From Vairimorpha necatrix (Eukaryota), in contig CP142727.1 in assembly GCA_036630325.1 (NCBI GenBank), positions 868,001 to 932,000 of the forward strand: a stretch of 64,000 nucleotides of DNA. The letters are read 5' to 3'. Numbering within the stretch: position 1 is the stretch's first letter; each line of letters begins with the position of its first letter. This document shows positions 53,771-64,000 of the stretch, one piece after another. The translations under genes were made by a program, and so were the position numbers. Under the pieces are notes generated by a model that worked only from the letters and a program-made list of their open reading frames with translations, was not told the origin of the DNA and searched no databases.

Positions 53771-54193
53771 GAAAACTTTCATCAAATTTTGAATTTGCGA
53801 TTATAGTTGTAAAATATGGTCAAAATTGTTTTTTATTTTTTTTTCCCCCACAAAAAAACTGTAAAAACATAAAAAATCTATAAATGCAAAAATAGAGCTA
53901 TCTGTTGCTTTAAAACGTTTAAAAATATTATCATCGATGCCAATCTTATGTTTAAGACAAATTTTGATGATTTGTCACATAAAGAGTGTTTTAAAAAACA
54001 CAGTTTATGATTTCCCCTTTTAGAATATAAAAATTTAAAATATATTTGTTAGGAAATTGTTTTATATAACTTTTTTCTTTTTCTCGTTGCATAGATGAGG
54101 TTTAAAATATATAAAAATTTTTGGCTAAAGTAAACATTAGCTACAAAAAATCGATATGGGGGGTTTGTTATTTTTTGCCCCTTTATTTCAAAA

Positions 54194-54960
54194 ATGAAGG
54201 AAAGAATTCGATCAAGAGAAGAATGAGAGATCAAATGTAATTATCTTGTAATTGAGAAACGAATAAAAAATTTAGCGTATGTATGGCAAAAATGAAACGA
54301 AGAAGTCTTATATCGTTTCCATGGAGCTCATGTAAAAACATAATTTCAATTTGGAATGGAACAAACTTTCGGGATTCTAGGCCAAATCACGTTAAAATAT
54401 TGCAAATGCTAAATATGTGGATTTTAGGTTATCCGCGTAAGTCAATTTCTCAAGTTTTAGGTTGTATAAAATTAGTATAACTAACGTGCTAAATGGGTAA
54501 AAGAAATGAATATTTATGATAAGTATTTATCTATTATAGAAATATTGGAGGCGATAATATTATATTGGCAATTGATTAGAAAGATCGGGAAGAATATAAC
54601 ACTAGGGGAAGTTTGTAAGAAGTTTTTGTTATTTTCGAATTATGAACGTATTATTTAACGTAAAATTATGCTAGGCTATATTAAGAAAAGAGGTAAAAGA
54701 ACATTTACTGAACTTCTACCAAAATATGTAGGTAGAAGCAGCATAATATATAGCGATGACATAGAGCGGATCATTTCGCAAATACAATATTTGACCAGCA
54801 TCATATGATTACCCACACATTACATTTTAGAGATCCAGATGCAGGACTACATACCAATACTACAGAAGAAAATTGGAGATCTCTAAATAATTCTAACCCA
54901 AATAGAAACAGATCATCTTTAAACCTAAATTTTATTTTTTGTATATATGATTTAAATAAA
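54194..54960 (+). pseudogene. Highly degenerate Merlin transposase
   Basis: Remnants IGGDNIILAID, SIIYSD, H.TH..HFRDPDAGLHTNTTEENWRSL. TIRs not identified. Confidence 0.65.
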
Positions 54961-56426
54961 TTTTAAAATGTTGTATGTACCTTTCTGTAACATTTATTCC
55001 TTATTATTTGTACCCCTCAATTTAAAATAAATGTTTACAGACAATAATTTGGCGGCAACGAATGAAAAATTGTTTGGGATAACGTCTAATGAGAGGACAG
55101 AAGATGATCCTGATACTTTTTTGAAGACTTTAAGATGTTATGCAGGAGTATATAATAGAGGAGTCAACTCTTATTTGTATTTTTAGAACTGCCTAAGAGG
55201 GGAAGCGAAACTATGAGTTGAGACAGTGCCATTTATGTGTGGATCTGAGGAGCTGTCTAGTTTAGTTTTGGTGATATTTGAAGGGTAAACGTCGTGCGTG
55301 AGATTAATTAAGGAAATGGCTGGGACAAAATTTCAAGGAGGTCTATTATGAGCTATTTGGACAAAATAAATGGTTGTCGCAACGTGCCAGAACATTAGAG
55401 GATGTTCTGATGGCGTTTGTGATCAACGGATTACCAGAAAATATAGGAAGTACGATCATGTTAAATTTTCCGGTAAAGTTGTCGTGGTCGTACATATATA
55501 ATATTTGTAGTGGGCTGCAGTGGCGGAAGATATCAGCTGAGGGTACTTACCCCAATGTACTTGAAGTTGATGCAGTTAAGAATACAGAATTTGCGTCTAA
55601 ATTAGGTAATATAGGGACACCAGAGACAAGCAAGGTAAGATGTTTTTATTGCGGTAAGTTAGGTCATATCAAGAGACAATGTTTCAAATTTTAGAAGAAA
55701 ATTGCATCCATTATGGAATCTGGCACGAAGAAGAACGGGGAAAAGGAAGTGGAAGATAGATTTAATAAAAGCAATTTAATTTAATTTAGAGCTATGGAAG
55801 CTGATGTGTGTGCATTAGACGCGTTCCCGATAGTTCATATAAACGATGAGAAAATTGGTTATAAAGCGTTGTTAGATTCGGGTTCTGCGGTAAATGTAAT
55901 TTGTAGAAAATAAAACCGGAAAGGTTAACTTTATGGGTACTGATGTGGTTTTAAATTCGGCAGGAGAAGATAAACTGGGTGTTTAAGAAAAGTTTAGGTT
56001 GTCCTTCTGGTAAAATGATACATAGTTTACTGAAGAATTTATTGTTGTTACTAAAATGGGTTATGAAATAATTTTGGGAAGACCGTTTTGGAAAAAGAAC
56101 AAACTGACATTATCATGGAAGGAGGGATTTAAGGTCTATAGTATTGATGTGTGTATAAATAAGTTGGGAGAACATATAATTAACACAGGAAATGCTGCTC
56201 CAGTTGTGACGACGATATATAGGAATGGTATGTCATTAAAGACTGAAATTAAGAAGAAAATTAAAGAGTATTTAAAACAGGGAATTATTAAACCCTCTAA
56301 GCGTTCATGGCGGAGTCCGGTGGTAATGATTGTGGCGCGCGAGCGTTGACCCCCCAGCAAAAAAAAAAAAACATAAAAAAATAAGATATAAAAAGAACAC
56401 AAAAAAATTTTAAAATTGAATTTTAA

Positions 56427-57726
56427 TTAAAGTTTTTTAAGTCTCGACATAGAGAAAATTTGAGTTCCTTCTTCAGTTTTACATTTCACTCTGTTGTTTG
56501 AGAGAATTTCTATAATCTTAACTTCTTTAGAAAAAAATGAAGATAATTTTAGTTTTTTTGTTTTGATATTATTATCAAAGTCTTTAGCTACAATGACTTT
56601 GTCACCAATTTCAAAAGTATATTTTGAGATATGAACTAATGAATGACGATCCATTCTTGCAAGGTAATTTGGATCAACTGAACCAGTTTCAGTTTGCTCA
56701 TTAAAAACACTATTCGACAAATCTCTTTTATTTTTTGTCTTGAGTATCATTTCAATTTCTTTTAAGCTATCATCTGAAGACTCGTTCTCATCTTGCGTAT
56801 AGACAGAATTGAATCCTGGTATTCTTAAGAATAAATTAAACGGGACCTGCTTTGTCGCACTATGTTTGGCCAAATTGTAGTTGTAAACTACTTTATCTAG
56901 ATGTTTCAGCCATTCCTTTTCTTCTTCAGTTTTAGAATTGTCAACAGCTAACAAATTTCTTCAAATACATGTTTTTGTATTGTTCGCGTTAAAGTTTGGT
57001 TAAACCTTTCTATTTGCCCGTTTGATTGTGGGTGACGGAGCCTACTATGTTTTTGAACAATAAAAAGGTCGGAACAAAGGTTATTTATATGGGAATTGCA
57101 GAATTCCTTTCCATTATCGCTTTGAAGGATCTTGGGCGGACCAGTCATATTGTAAAATAAAAATTTAAGGTTTTTTGTAACCTCATCACCTGTTTTACTT
57201 TTCAATGGAAAGGCCCGGGCAAACTTAGAATACACATCTATTATTGCTAAAATCCAACAATATCCATCGTTAAACCTTTTATAGCGTGTCATATCGATTA
57301 AATCGATCATAATTCGTTCCATAGGTTTAGAGGCCGTAATATGTACTTGGCGCTCTTTATTTTTTAACGGTTGTGATTGTCCACATGTGATGCATTCGGA
57401 AACGATTTTTCTTATAATGTCCCTAGGAATTTTAAAAAAAACCTTATTGCATGATGCTTCGAATCGGTTAACGCCCCTGTGATGAAGCTGGGGGAAAGCT
57501 CTACATTCCACTTCCATGGCCTCAAGCTGTTCACTATGAAAACCCTTGAGGTGGTTCCCATTAGCCTCGTCCCTTAAATATAGCGCCCCATCTATAAGAA
57601 GGTAATTACCAGCTTTTTGTTTCAACCGTTTTTTTGTTGCTTTTCTAAAACAACTTCATTGTCCCTGCCTAGTAAAACTAATTTTAAATTACTGTATTCA
57701 CTAGCATTTCTGGGAGGAAGAATCAT
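56427..57726 (-). pseudogene. Integrase-like transposase of G (two frameshifts)
   Basis: Start CCCCTTAAAA-ATG at 57726. HHRG...CITC, IDLID, IIDVYSKF, LQSDNGKEF, NGQIERFNQT, YN...HS, IGDKV tail. Confidence 0.88.
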
Positions 57727-57809
57727 TTTTAAGGGGATAACAAAAATCTTTTTATTTATCAATTGTTATTATGTAAGTATTTTCTTATTTTTTATTTCGT
57801 TTTATCAAG

Positions 57810-57881
57810 TATGCCATGGTCGAGTGGTATGCTGTTTGTTTCTTTCACATGATCCGCGGGTTCGAATCCAAACAAGTGCGT
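57810..57881 (+). promoter_or_regulatory. Degenerate tRNA-derived sequence retaining Pol III A and B boxes, inside transposon G
   Basis: A box TGGTCGAGTGG at 57817-57827 and B box GGTTCGAATCC at 57859-57869, at tRNA-like spacing. Stems do not pair into a full cloverleaf. Confidence 0.7.
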
Positions 57882-57928
57882 TTATTTATTTAAAAAAGAT
57901 TTAACTTAGACACTGCTTTCTGAAAGGA

Positions 57929-58114
57929 GGGGTCAACGCCCGCACGGGATGTAAATCCTAGCGGTCAACGCCTGCACGGTGTTGCATTTACTAGGGGTCA
58001 ATGCTTGCACGGGATGCAAATCCTAAGGGTCAACTCCTGCACGGTGTTGCATTTACTAGGGGTCAATGCTTGCACAAGCTGGAAATCCTAGGGGGTCAAC
58101 GCTCGCGCGCCACA
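57929..58114 (+). repeat. Subterminal tandem array of six 32-33-bp units, each starting with the TIR core GGGTCAA
   Basis: Alternating unit types (..GGGATG.AAATCCTA / ..GGTGTTGCATTTACTA) form a 65-bp higher-order repeat, ending in the TIR. Confidence 0.9.
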
Positions 58115-58228
58115 ATGATTAAGAAGAAAGAAGAGGGTTGGAGAATGTGTATAGATTATAGGAGATTAAATAATGTTACAGTGTCAGGCACTTATCCCAT
58201 GCCAAGGATTTATGAGTCGATAGATCGG

Positions 58229-59333
58229 CGCTATAGGGCCTATTCCCGGGCAATGAACGTAAAAAAGACGGCATTTCCCGGGAATAGGCCCTAAACTGGG
58301 AAATTTTTACAACCCCTAAAAAATGAATAATTTTGAAGAAGAACCAAGAAATTCGAGATCTGACATTTTTTTCAAATGAAGCAGCCATGGCCTTTATTCA
58401 AAGGCATGGCTTACTTAAAGAATTTAAAACATGCACGAAATGTTATGAGAGCATGGTTTTGAAACATGATATTTCTTATTCGAACGGTTTTCGATTCAGA
58501 TGTATAAATTATTGTGTAGAAAATCCAAATCAGTTTTTGAGGGGCTAAAAATTTCAAGTCCAAAGATAGACACAAGCGAATACTTATTTATAATATATTC
58601 ATGGTTCAAAAAAAATTATGAATATAATATTAATAAAAATACTTCGGTTTTCTTTAAATACTATAAAAAGAATTAAAAGGAATATTATAGAAGTAATAAC
58701 TGAAGATAATAAGAATATATGGAAGAAATTGGGGCCAGAGCACCTAATACAAGTCGATGAGAGTGTTATAATAAAAGGAAAACTTATTAAGTCACCATCT
58801 GAAATGTATGATTCAATTAGTAAAGCTACTTGGATAATTGGCGCAGTAGAAGAAAAAACTAGAAAACTAGTTCTTAAAGTTTTACCAAATAGAAAAAAGG
58901 AAACATTCTTCGACTTTTTCTCTACAAATATTAGTCCCATGTCTGTAATAAAAACAGATGGGCACAGATCCTACCCATACGCTGTTGATGGGATTGGCGG
59001 AGTACATAAAATCGTGAACCATGAGGAAGGATTCACCAATGCTGATGGAGACCACACTAATTTAATAGTATGTGAGTGGTCTCATTTCAAATCGGACATC
59101 AAAACGAGGAAAAGAATACCAGGTTAAGCAATGCCAGAGTATATAGAAGAATATGTTTGGAGGAGAAGAAATTTAAAAACTCATGATTCCAAAGCCTATA
59201 AAGACGCCCTTTTAACTCTCTTAAAACTTTTGGTTCGAAATAAATAATTGGGGTTTCCTTTTTTTTTTATAATTTTTTTGTTTAAAGGGGGGACCTTTAA
59301 ACAAAAAAATGCCCGGGAATAGGCCCTAGAGCC
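58229..59333 (+). mobile_element. Merlin DNA transposon, disrupted transposase
   Basis: TIRs (C)GCTATAGGGCCTATTCCCGGGCA / TGCCCGGGAATAGGCCCTAGAGCC. Motifs IQVDES, WIIGAVE, KTDGHRSY, VNHEEGF..GDHTNLI..EWSHFK. No TSD. Confidence 0.88.
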
Positions 59334-59541
59334 AAATAAAGAAATTCCATGAATAACATGGTACAACATCAGAACGCAAACCAACACTCTTACTTCTACA
59401 AATCAGATAAACCAAACTCTTTTCATAACAACAAACAATTCTTTCCCTCTAACTCTTTTAACTACGGTTTTCACGGCAATCCAACCCGTAGCATCATTGA
59501 ATGCTTCCTTGCTACAGGCAAGCTCCCCGGTAAACACGTCA
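59334..59541 (+). repeat. 5'-truncated A-family LTR abutting the Merlin end
   Basis: AGAAATTCCATGAATAACATGG...GGTAAACACGTCA aligns to 947-1148. Confidence 0.88.
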
Positions 59542-60092
59542 CTATGGATCATAGTCTGGAGGACGGTTGATACTATGTATATAGAATGAATTACTAGATC
59601 AACTGGTCCAACAACCGAAAGCATAAGAGGAATCGCGTAGAGTGCGACTTCCTTTATAAATTAAAACATACTCGTCAATAAGTACATAATAGCTAAAAAT
59701 TGTGAAAAACAATTCTTAATCTCCAACCAAAACGTCTGTACTAATTACATCGAAAATAATGTACAAATTACAATATTTTCCTATTGTTTTTTACTCTTTA
59801 CATTTTTTCCTTCCCCCGTTTGTTTGATCTAAACTCCTATTTACTATTTGTTTAAACACACAAAAAAAGAAAATCTTAGATACTATTTACACAATATATT
59901 CTATTTTAGAAAATTAAAGTCTTTTAAAATGTATATAGACAATAAAATAGGATTACTTTTGCTGTTAATGAATTAATATGCTATATATAGATCAGATGTT
60001 CCATGTGACTTGCATTTGAAATAAGACATGCTTTGATTACTTTTTTTCTGTTTGTCTATAAAAAAATAGTTTTTTTCTGTAAAGGAAAAATC

Positions 60093-61056
60093 GGATCAGG
60101 TACCCTACGTCCCCCGTAAAAAAAATAAAAAAAAACCCTAATAATTTAATAAAAGCTAAGAATTTATTTCCAATAATGCGTTCCCCAAACATAAACTCAT
60201 TTAGAAAGACTCTTCTTTGTTCTAATGTCAATCCCTTTCGAGATTTTATTTCCATTTTTAGTTTTTTGTTATAAGATTCCACATGTTGAATATGCACCCC
60301 GTAATAGGATCAACAAAATTGTTTTTATGACACACCGTTTTATGTTCATATATATTGGAGTGCACTAAGGCACAATAGGCCTTCCACTCATCTGAATGTA
60401 TGATACTGCCAGATCGTACTACATTATAAATTATAGGAATTAAAGAAGCAGAAGCTCTAGATTCTACAATTGTTACAAATCCTAATGCAGGCCTAAAAGA
60501 AGTGTCTACAATACATACACACCAACAAGGGGGAACTGATCTACCTCTATGACTTTTTACATTAAAATTTAATTTTGTTTCGTCAATTTGAACGATTACA
60601 TTTGGACCTTCAAGTTTGATTAAATTTAATACAAAATAATTATTTTCTGTATTTTAATCAGCGGTTTTTTACCGATCCCAAAATAGTCCATAATTTTATT
60701 TAATTTCTCATTTTTGGAAAAGAAATAAATAGCTTTTAAGATAGTTTTGAAATTAATTTTAAAAGCTGAAAACAACGACTTGTGTCGTATTGTCAAGGTT
60801 GTTTGATAGTGTTCGCATTTATAATTAAAACATCTGCACTTTTAATACTTTTTGTGATACGCATATTAAATAAGCAATATAAACAGGGTTGTTCATCTTT
60901 AATGAGCTTCCACTCTAATAAAAATTGTAAGATACAATTTTTATCTGCATTAAATATTTCTTCCAAATCCATTATACGCATAAAAATGGGGGTATTTTTT
61001 TATAGAATAAACAGGTACCCTACGTCCCCCGGCGGGGGACGTAGGGTACCTGATCC
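60093..61056 (-). mobile_element. Merlin DNA transposon, degenerate transposase
   Basis: Perfect TIRs GGATCAGGTACCCTACGTCCCCC. 8-bp TSD GAAAAATC. Remnants GPNVIVQIDETK, IIHSDEWKAY, GVHIQHVESYN. Confidence 0.92.
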
Positions 61057-61136
61057 GAAAAATCTAAGCATATATTGTCACAGTTAGTTGGTGGAACCAG
61101 TTAGTAGAGGGAACCCTAAAAAAATTTATAAAAAAA

Positions 61137-61172
61137 GACCCCCGTGGGAATCGAACTTGGGACTTCTCGAAG
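61137..61172 (-). promoter_or_regulatory. tRNA 3'-half-like B-box segment in the left TIR of H
   Basis: Reverse complement CTTCGAGAAGTCCCAAGTTCGATTCCCACGGGGGTC followed by a T-run. Confidence 0.6.
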
Positions 61173-61311
61173 GAATACAATCACAATGAACGACTTTTTT
61201 GAACGGTTCTAAATTTGTCCTAATTATATTATGGGGTATATTTCGAGTAATTTTATATAAATTTGGAGGGAAAAGAAATAAAAAAATAAAATAAACAACT
61301 TTTTTAAAAAT

Positions 61312-62691
61312 TTATTCGTTATCAAGCAATCTTAGATCTCTAGTGTAAATTTCTTCTATAATAAGCAATGGATCAGCCTCTTTAGATAATTTTACTTTAT
61401 TAAATTGAAGTATATCCATTACAATATATACATCGACATCCAAATGTTCGTATAGAGGAAGCCTTCTAGTACTTTGATTATTGTCTAAATATGGTCTTAT
61501 AAGAACCCTATCTCCCAATTTATATTCATAAAAGTCATTTCTCCACATACTTCTTTCAATCATTCTATTAGCAGCATTTTGAGTATTAAACCGTGCAGAT
61601 TCGTAGTAAATTTCATTTAAAAAAAGATTTTCATTGTTTAAAGCATATAGTTCTTCGTAATTTACGACGTTATTTTCTTCAAAAACAAATTCTTCTCTTC
61701 GTTCTTCTTCCTCATTTTCAACTTCGTTGTTATTTGCAACCGAATCTATTATATCAGTGATTCTAGATTCTTGCATTATGTCTTTAATGGGCTTACCAAA
61801 CATTAAACTGAATGGAGTTTGTTTAGTTGTTATTTGCCTTAAGTTGTTATATGCCCAGGTAACTTCTTGGCGTACTATGGACCATTGCCCTAAGATATTC
61901 TTCGACCTCAGAGAAGATGCAATCATCCATTTTATTGTTTGATTGCATCGTTCTATCTGTCCTTGTATCTAAGGACATCTAGCTCTTCCTCTTACATGTC
62001 TTATTTCATACTTTACACATAAATTCACGATATATTGATTAACAAATTCTCTACCGTTGTCGGTATGAAGTATAAAACAAGATCCAAACGTATTGAATAG
62101 TGTTTCAAAGGCATCACGCACACTAATGCCAGTTTTGTCACGCAATGGAACCGTCCAACAGAACTTGGTAAATGAATCCACTACGTTAAGTAACCATTTA
62201 TACCCATCATTGAGTTCGTGATACAATCGAAGATCAATCAAATCAGCAATATACCTTTCTCTAGGATATTTTGAAATGATTGGTCTAATAACTGGTCTAG
62301 TTATTAGGTTTCTTCTTGCTTGACAAATATCACAACTTTTCAAAACTCTCAGTACTTCGTTTTGAGTAACGTCGTATACTTTTGATTGTAACAATGGATA
62401 CAATCTGTCACGCCCAGGATGTCCATTAAAAACATGAATCAGTTTGATGAAATCCGGTTTGAAACGCTGCTCATTGGTTGTAAAGAATCTCAATGATCTA
62501 TATTGATCTACTTTAAACCTCACAATTAGTTCAAAACTTCCATTGTTATTTTCTTCAAACAACATGAAACGTTCAGCTTTTCTTTTAAAATTTTTACGAT
62601 CAACTTTGTCCAACAACGTTGGTGGCAGCTGACCATATAATAAAAAATTATAAACTTCTTGTCTTTTATCATTGTCCATTTTTATTCTCAT
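61312..62691 (-). pseudogene. Integrase-like transposase of H (one in-frame TAG at 61969-61971)
   Basis: H..GHPGRD...CDIC, ADLID, VVDSFTKF, LHTDNGREF, P*IQGQIERCNQT, YNN, LGDRV tail. The two ORFs are in frame. Confidence 0.9.
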
Positions 62692-62791
62692 AACCCCACA
62701 AAACAAAAAATTATTTACTAAAAATTGAAGGATAATGTTACTGTATTTTCTTAATAATATTTTTTTTCCTTTTTTAGTAAATTTTGTTTTT

Positions 62792-62832
62792 CTTCGAGAG
62801 GTCCTGGGTTCGATCCCCACAGAGCTCTTTTT
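62792..62832 (+). promoter_or_regulatory. tRNA 3'-half-like B-box segment in the right TIR of H
   Basis: CGAGAGGTCCTGGGTTCGATCCCCACAGAGCTC-TTTTT. T-arm TGGG-TTCGATC-CCCA pairs. B box at 62807-62817. Confidence 0.7.
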
Positions 62833-64000
62833 AGGGTTCCCTCTACTAACTGGTTCCCTCTACTAACTGCGACATATATTATCCAAATTGAAATGTGTAT
62901 GTCAATTTTGTCTTAAACACTTAAAAATTGAAAAAAACATGTCTATAGATATCTGAAATACTATACTGTTAACAGGAACCAAAAATAACGCAAATATAAT
63001 AAACTTATAATTTAAATTTTACTAAAAGATACTGTTAAGACATCAATTCGGCATATACGACATACTTTCAAATATATTTCGGCTTCTAAATTGACAGTTC
63101 TTTTATTACGACAATGTTTTTTTTATTTAATGTATACTGTTTTTTATATCAAAGATATAACCAATAAAGTCTTTTCAAATATATGAATGACGACAATTCT
63201 CAGTTTGTTGCTCATACAAATAATTTAAAATAATATTTACCACGGGACGTCAATGTAATTACTGAGATTAACCCATGATCACTTCTTGTAGATACTTACT
63301 TAAATTTTTTCTCTTTAAATATTTACTGTAGCTAATTCTAAATATTTTACATATTTAAAACTATGATAAATAACGAGGAGCTAAATTATGTAACAATATG
63401 TATTAAAAACATGATTTGAGCAAAAATAAAGGAGCTAATTTATATGTTGGTTCTTAGACTCTGCAAACAATAACTAATGTAAATCTTATTTTTTAACATC
63501 TTATTAAACTATCAAAAATAAAGAATTCGCTTCTTTTGCATGTATAATTAAAGTACAATAGGCGGAGATACTCTCAAATAAAACGTGCGATGGTTACAAA
63601 GCTTGAGATTTATTTATTTGCTATTAGTTTTCACTTTTTGTTTATATTGTCTAAGCATTGCCCCATTTATTGTTTTGAAGTTTGTACACTAACAACACTA
63701 AGTTTTATGAAGAAAATCAATTGGAACTGAGTCTTATGTCCCAATGAAAAAATATAATGATCCAAAGAAAACGATATGCAACAAATTTATATCAAGAATG
63801 CGGATATTGTATTTTTGTCCCTTTTACAAAACAGAGGAGAAAAACAATGATATAGCATTGGTTTAAAATTCAATTTAAGTATATTTAAAGCAATGATAGA
63901 ACAACATAGCTTAAGTAACATTGTTTTTATGTTTTCTTGGTATTATAGATGTTGTTGTTTTATGTAATTCTATCTAATATTAGTAAAATATGAACTTTGA

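Larger units (their letters stand above)
56331..58114 (-). mobile_element. Ginger-like TIR DNA transposon G with retroviral-type integrase
   Basis: Perfect TIRs TGTGGCGCGCGAGCGTTGACCCC / GGGGTCAACGCTCGCGCGCCACA. 5-bp TSD ATGAT splitting an RT reading frame. Integrase only, no RT or gag. Confidence 0.92.
54986..58226 (+). mobile_element. 3'-truncated degenerate gypsy element F (related to C), interrupted by a Ginger-like transposon
   Basis: Short LTR-like TGTAACATTTA...TAAATGTTTACA, then ATTTGGCGGC. Gag CFYCGKLGHIKRQC, LLDSGS, RT SWRSPVVMI | KKKEEGWRMCIDYRRLN rejoined across the insertion. Confidence 0.82.
61076..62874 (-). mobile_element. Ginger-like TIR DNA transposon H with retroviral-type integrase
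   Basis: TIRs TGTC(A/G)CAGTTAGT..GGAACCAGTTAGTAGAGGGAACCCTAAAAA, extending imperfectly to ~90-100 bp. 5-bp TSD TATAT. Integrase only. Confidence 0.92.

Noticed and set aside
57810-57881. Functional tRNA gene
   Set aside because: Acceptor, anticodon and T stems do not pair; reported only as tRNA-derived promoter boxes.
57929-58114. CRISPR-like repeat-spacer array
   Set aside because: Spacers are short and recur alternately, there are no cas genes, and the repeat is the TIR core of the transposon.
58001-58294. 97-aa ORF containing an RT fragment
   Set aside because: Chance chimera of the end-repeat array, the interrupted gypsy RT and a Merlin TIR.
62692-62820. N-terminal extension MGIEPRTSRR... 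of the H integrase in the ORF track
   Set aside because: Starts at a non-ATG codon in the antisense of the tRNA-like segment; the likely start is ATG 62691 or 62679.

Overview
Very AT-rich, intron-free, gene-poor eukaryotic DNA made mostly of transposons. CCC/GGG motifs just upstream of start codons and the TE repertoire suggest a large-genome microsporidian (inference). The only clear host gene is a Y-family DNA polymerase kappa (8132-9751). The rest is nested mobile DNA: seven Ty3/gypsy LTR elements (several with LTRs of only 55-101 bp), many solo LTRs with 5-bp TSDs, an R4/Dong/NeSL-type RT+REL non-LTR element plus a truncated copy, seven Merlin (IS1016/IS1595-like) DNA transposons (one intact), and two Ginger-like TIR transposons encoding retroviral-type integrases. 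Best observations: (1) both Ginger-like elements carry outward-facing tRNA-derived Pol III motifs near their ends; (2) gag start codons lie inside the LTR in all seven LTR elements; (3) two related gypsy families have a palindrome instead of a tRNA primer-binding site, plus a terminal LTR hairpin; (4) three unrelated Merlin families have a third, inverted TIR copy in front of the transposase. All calls were made by eye; no searches were run.
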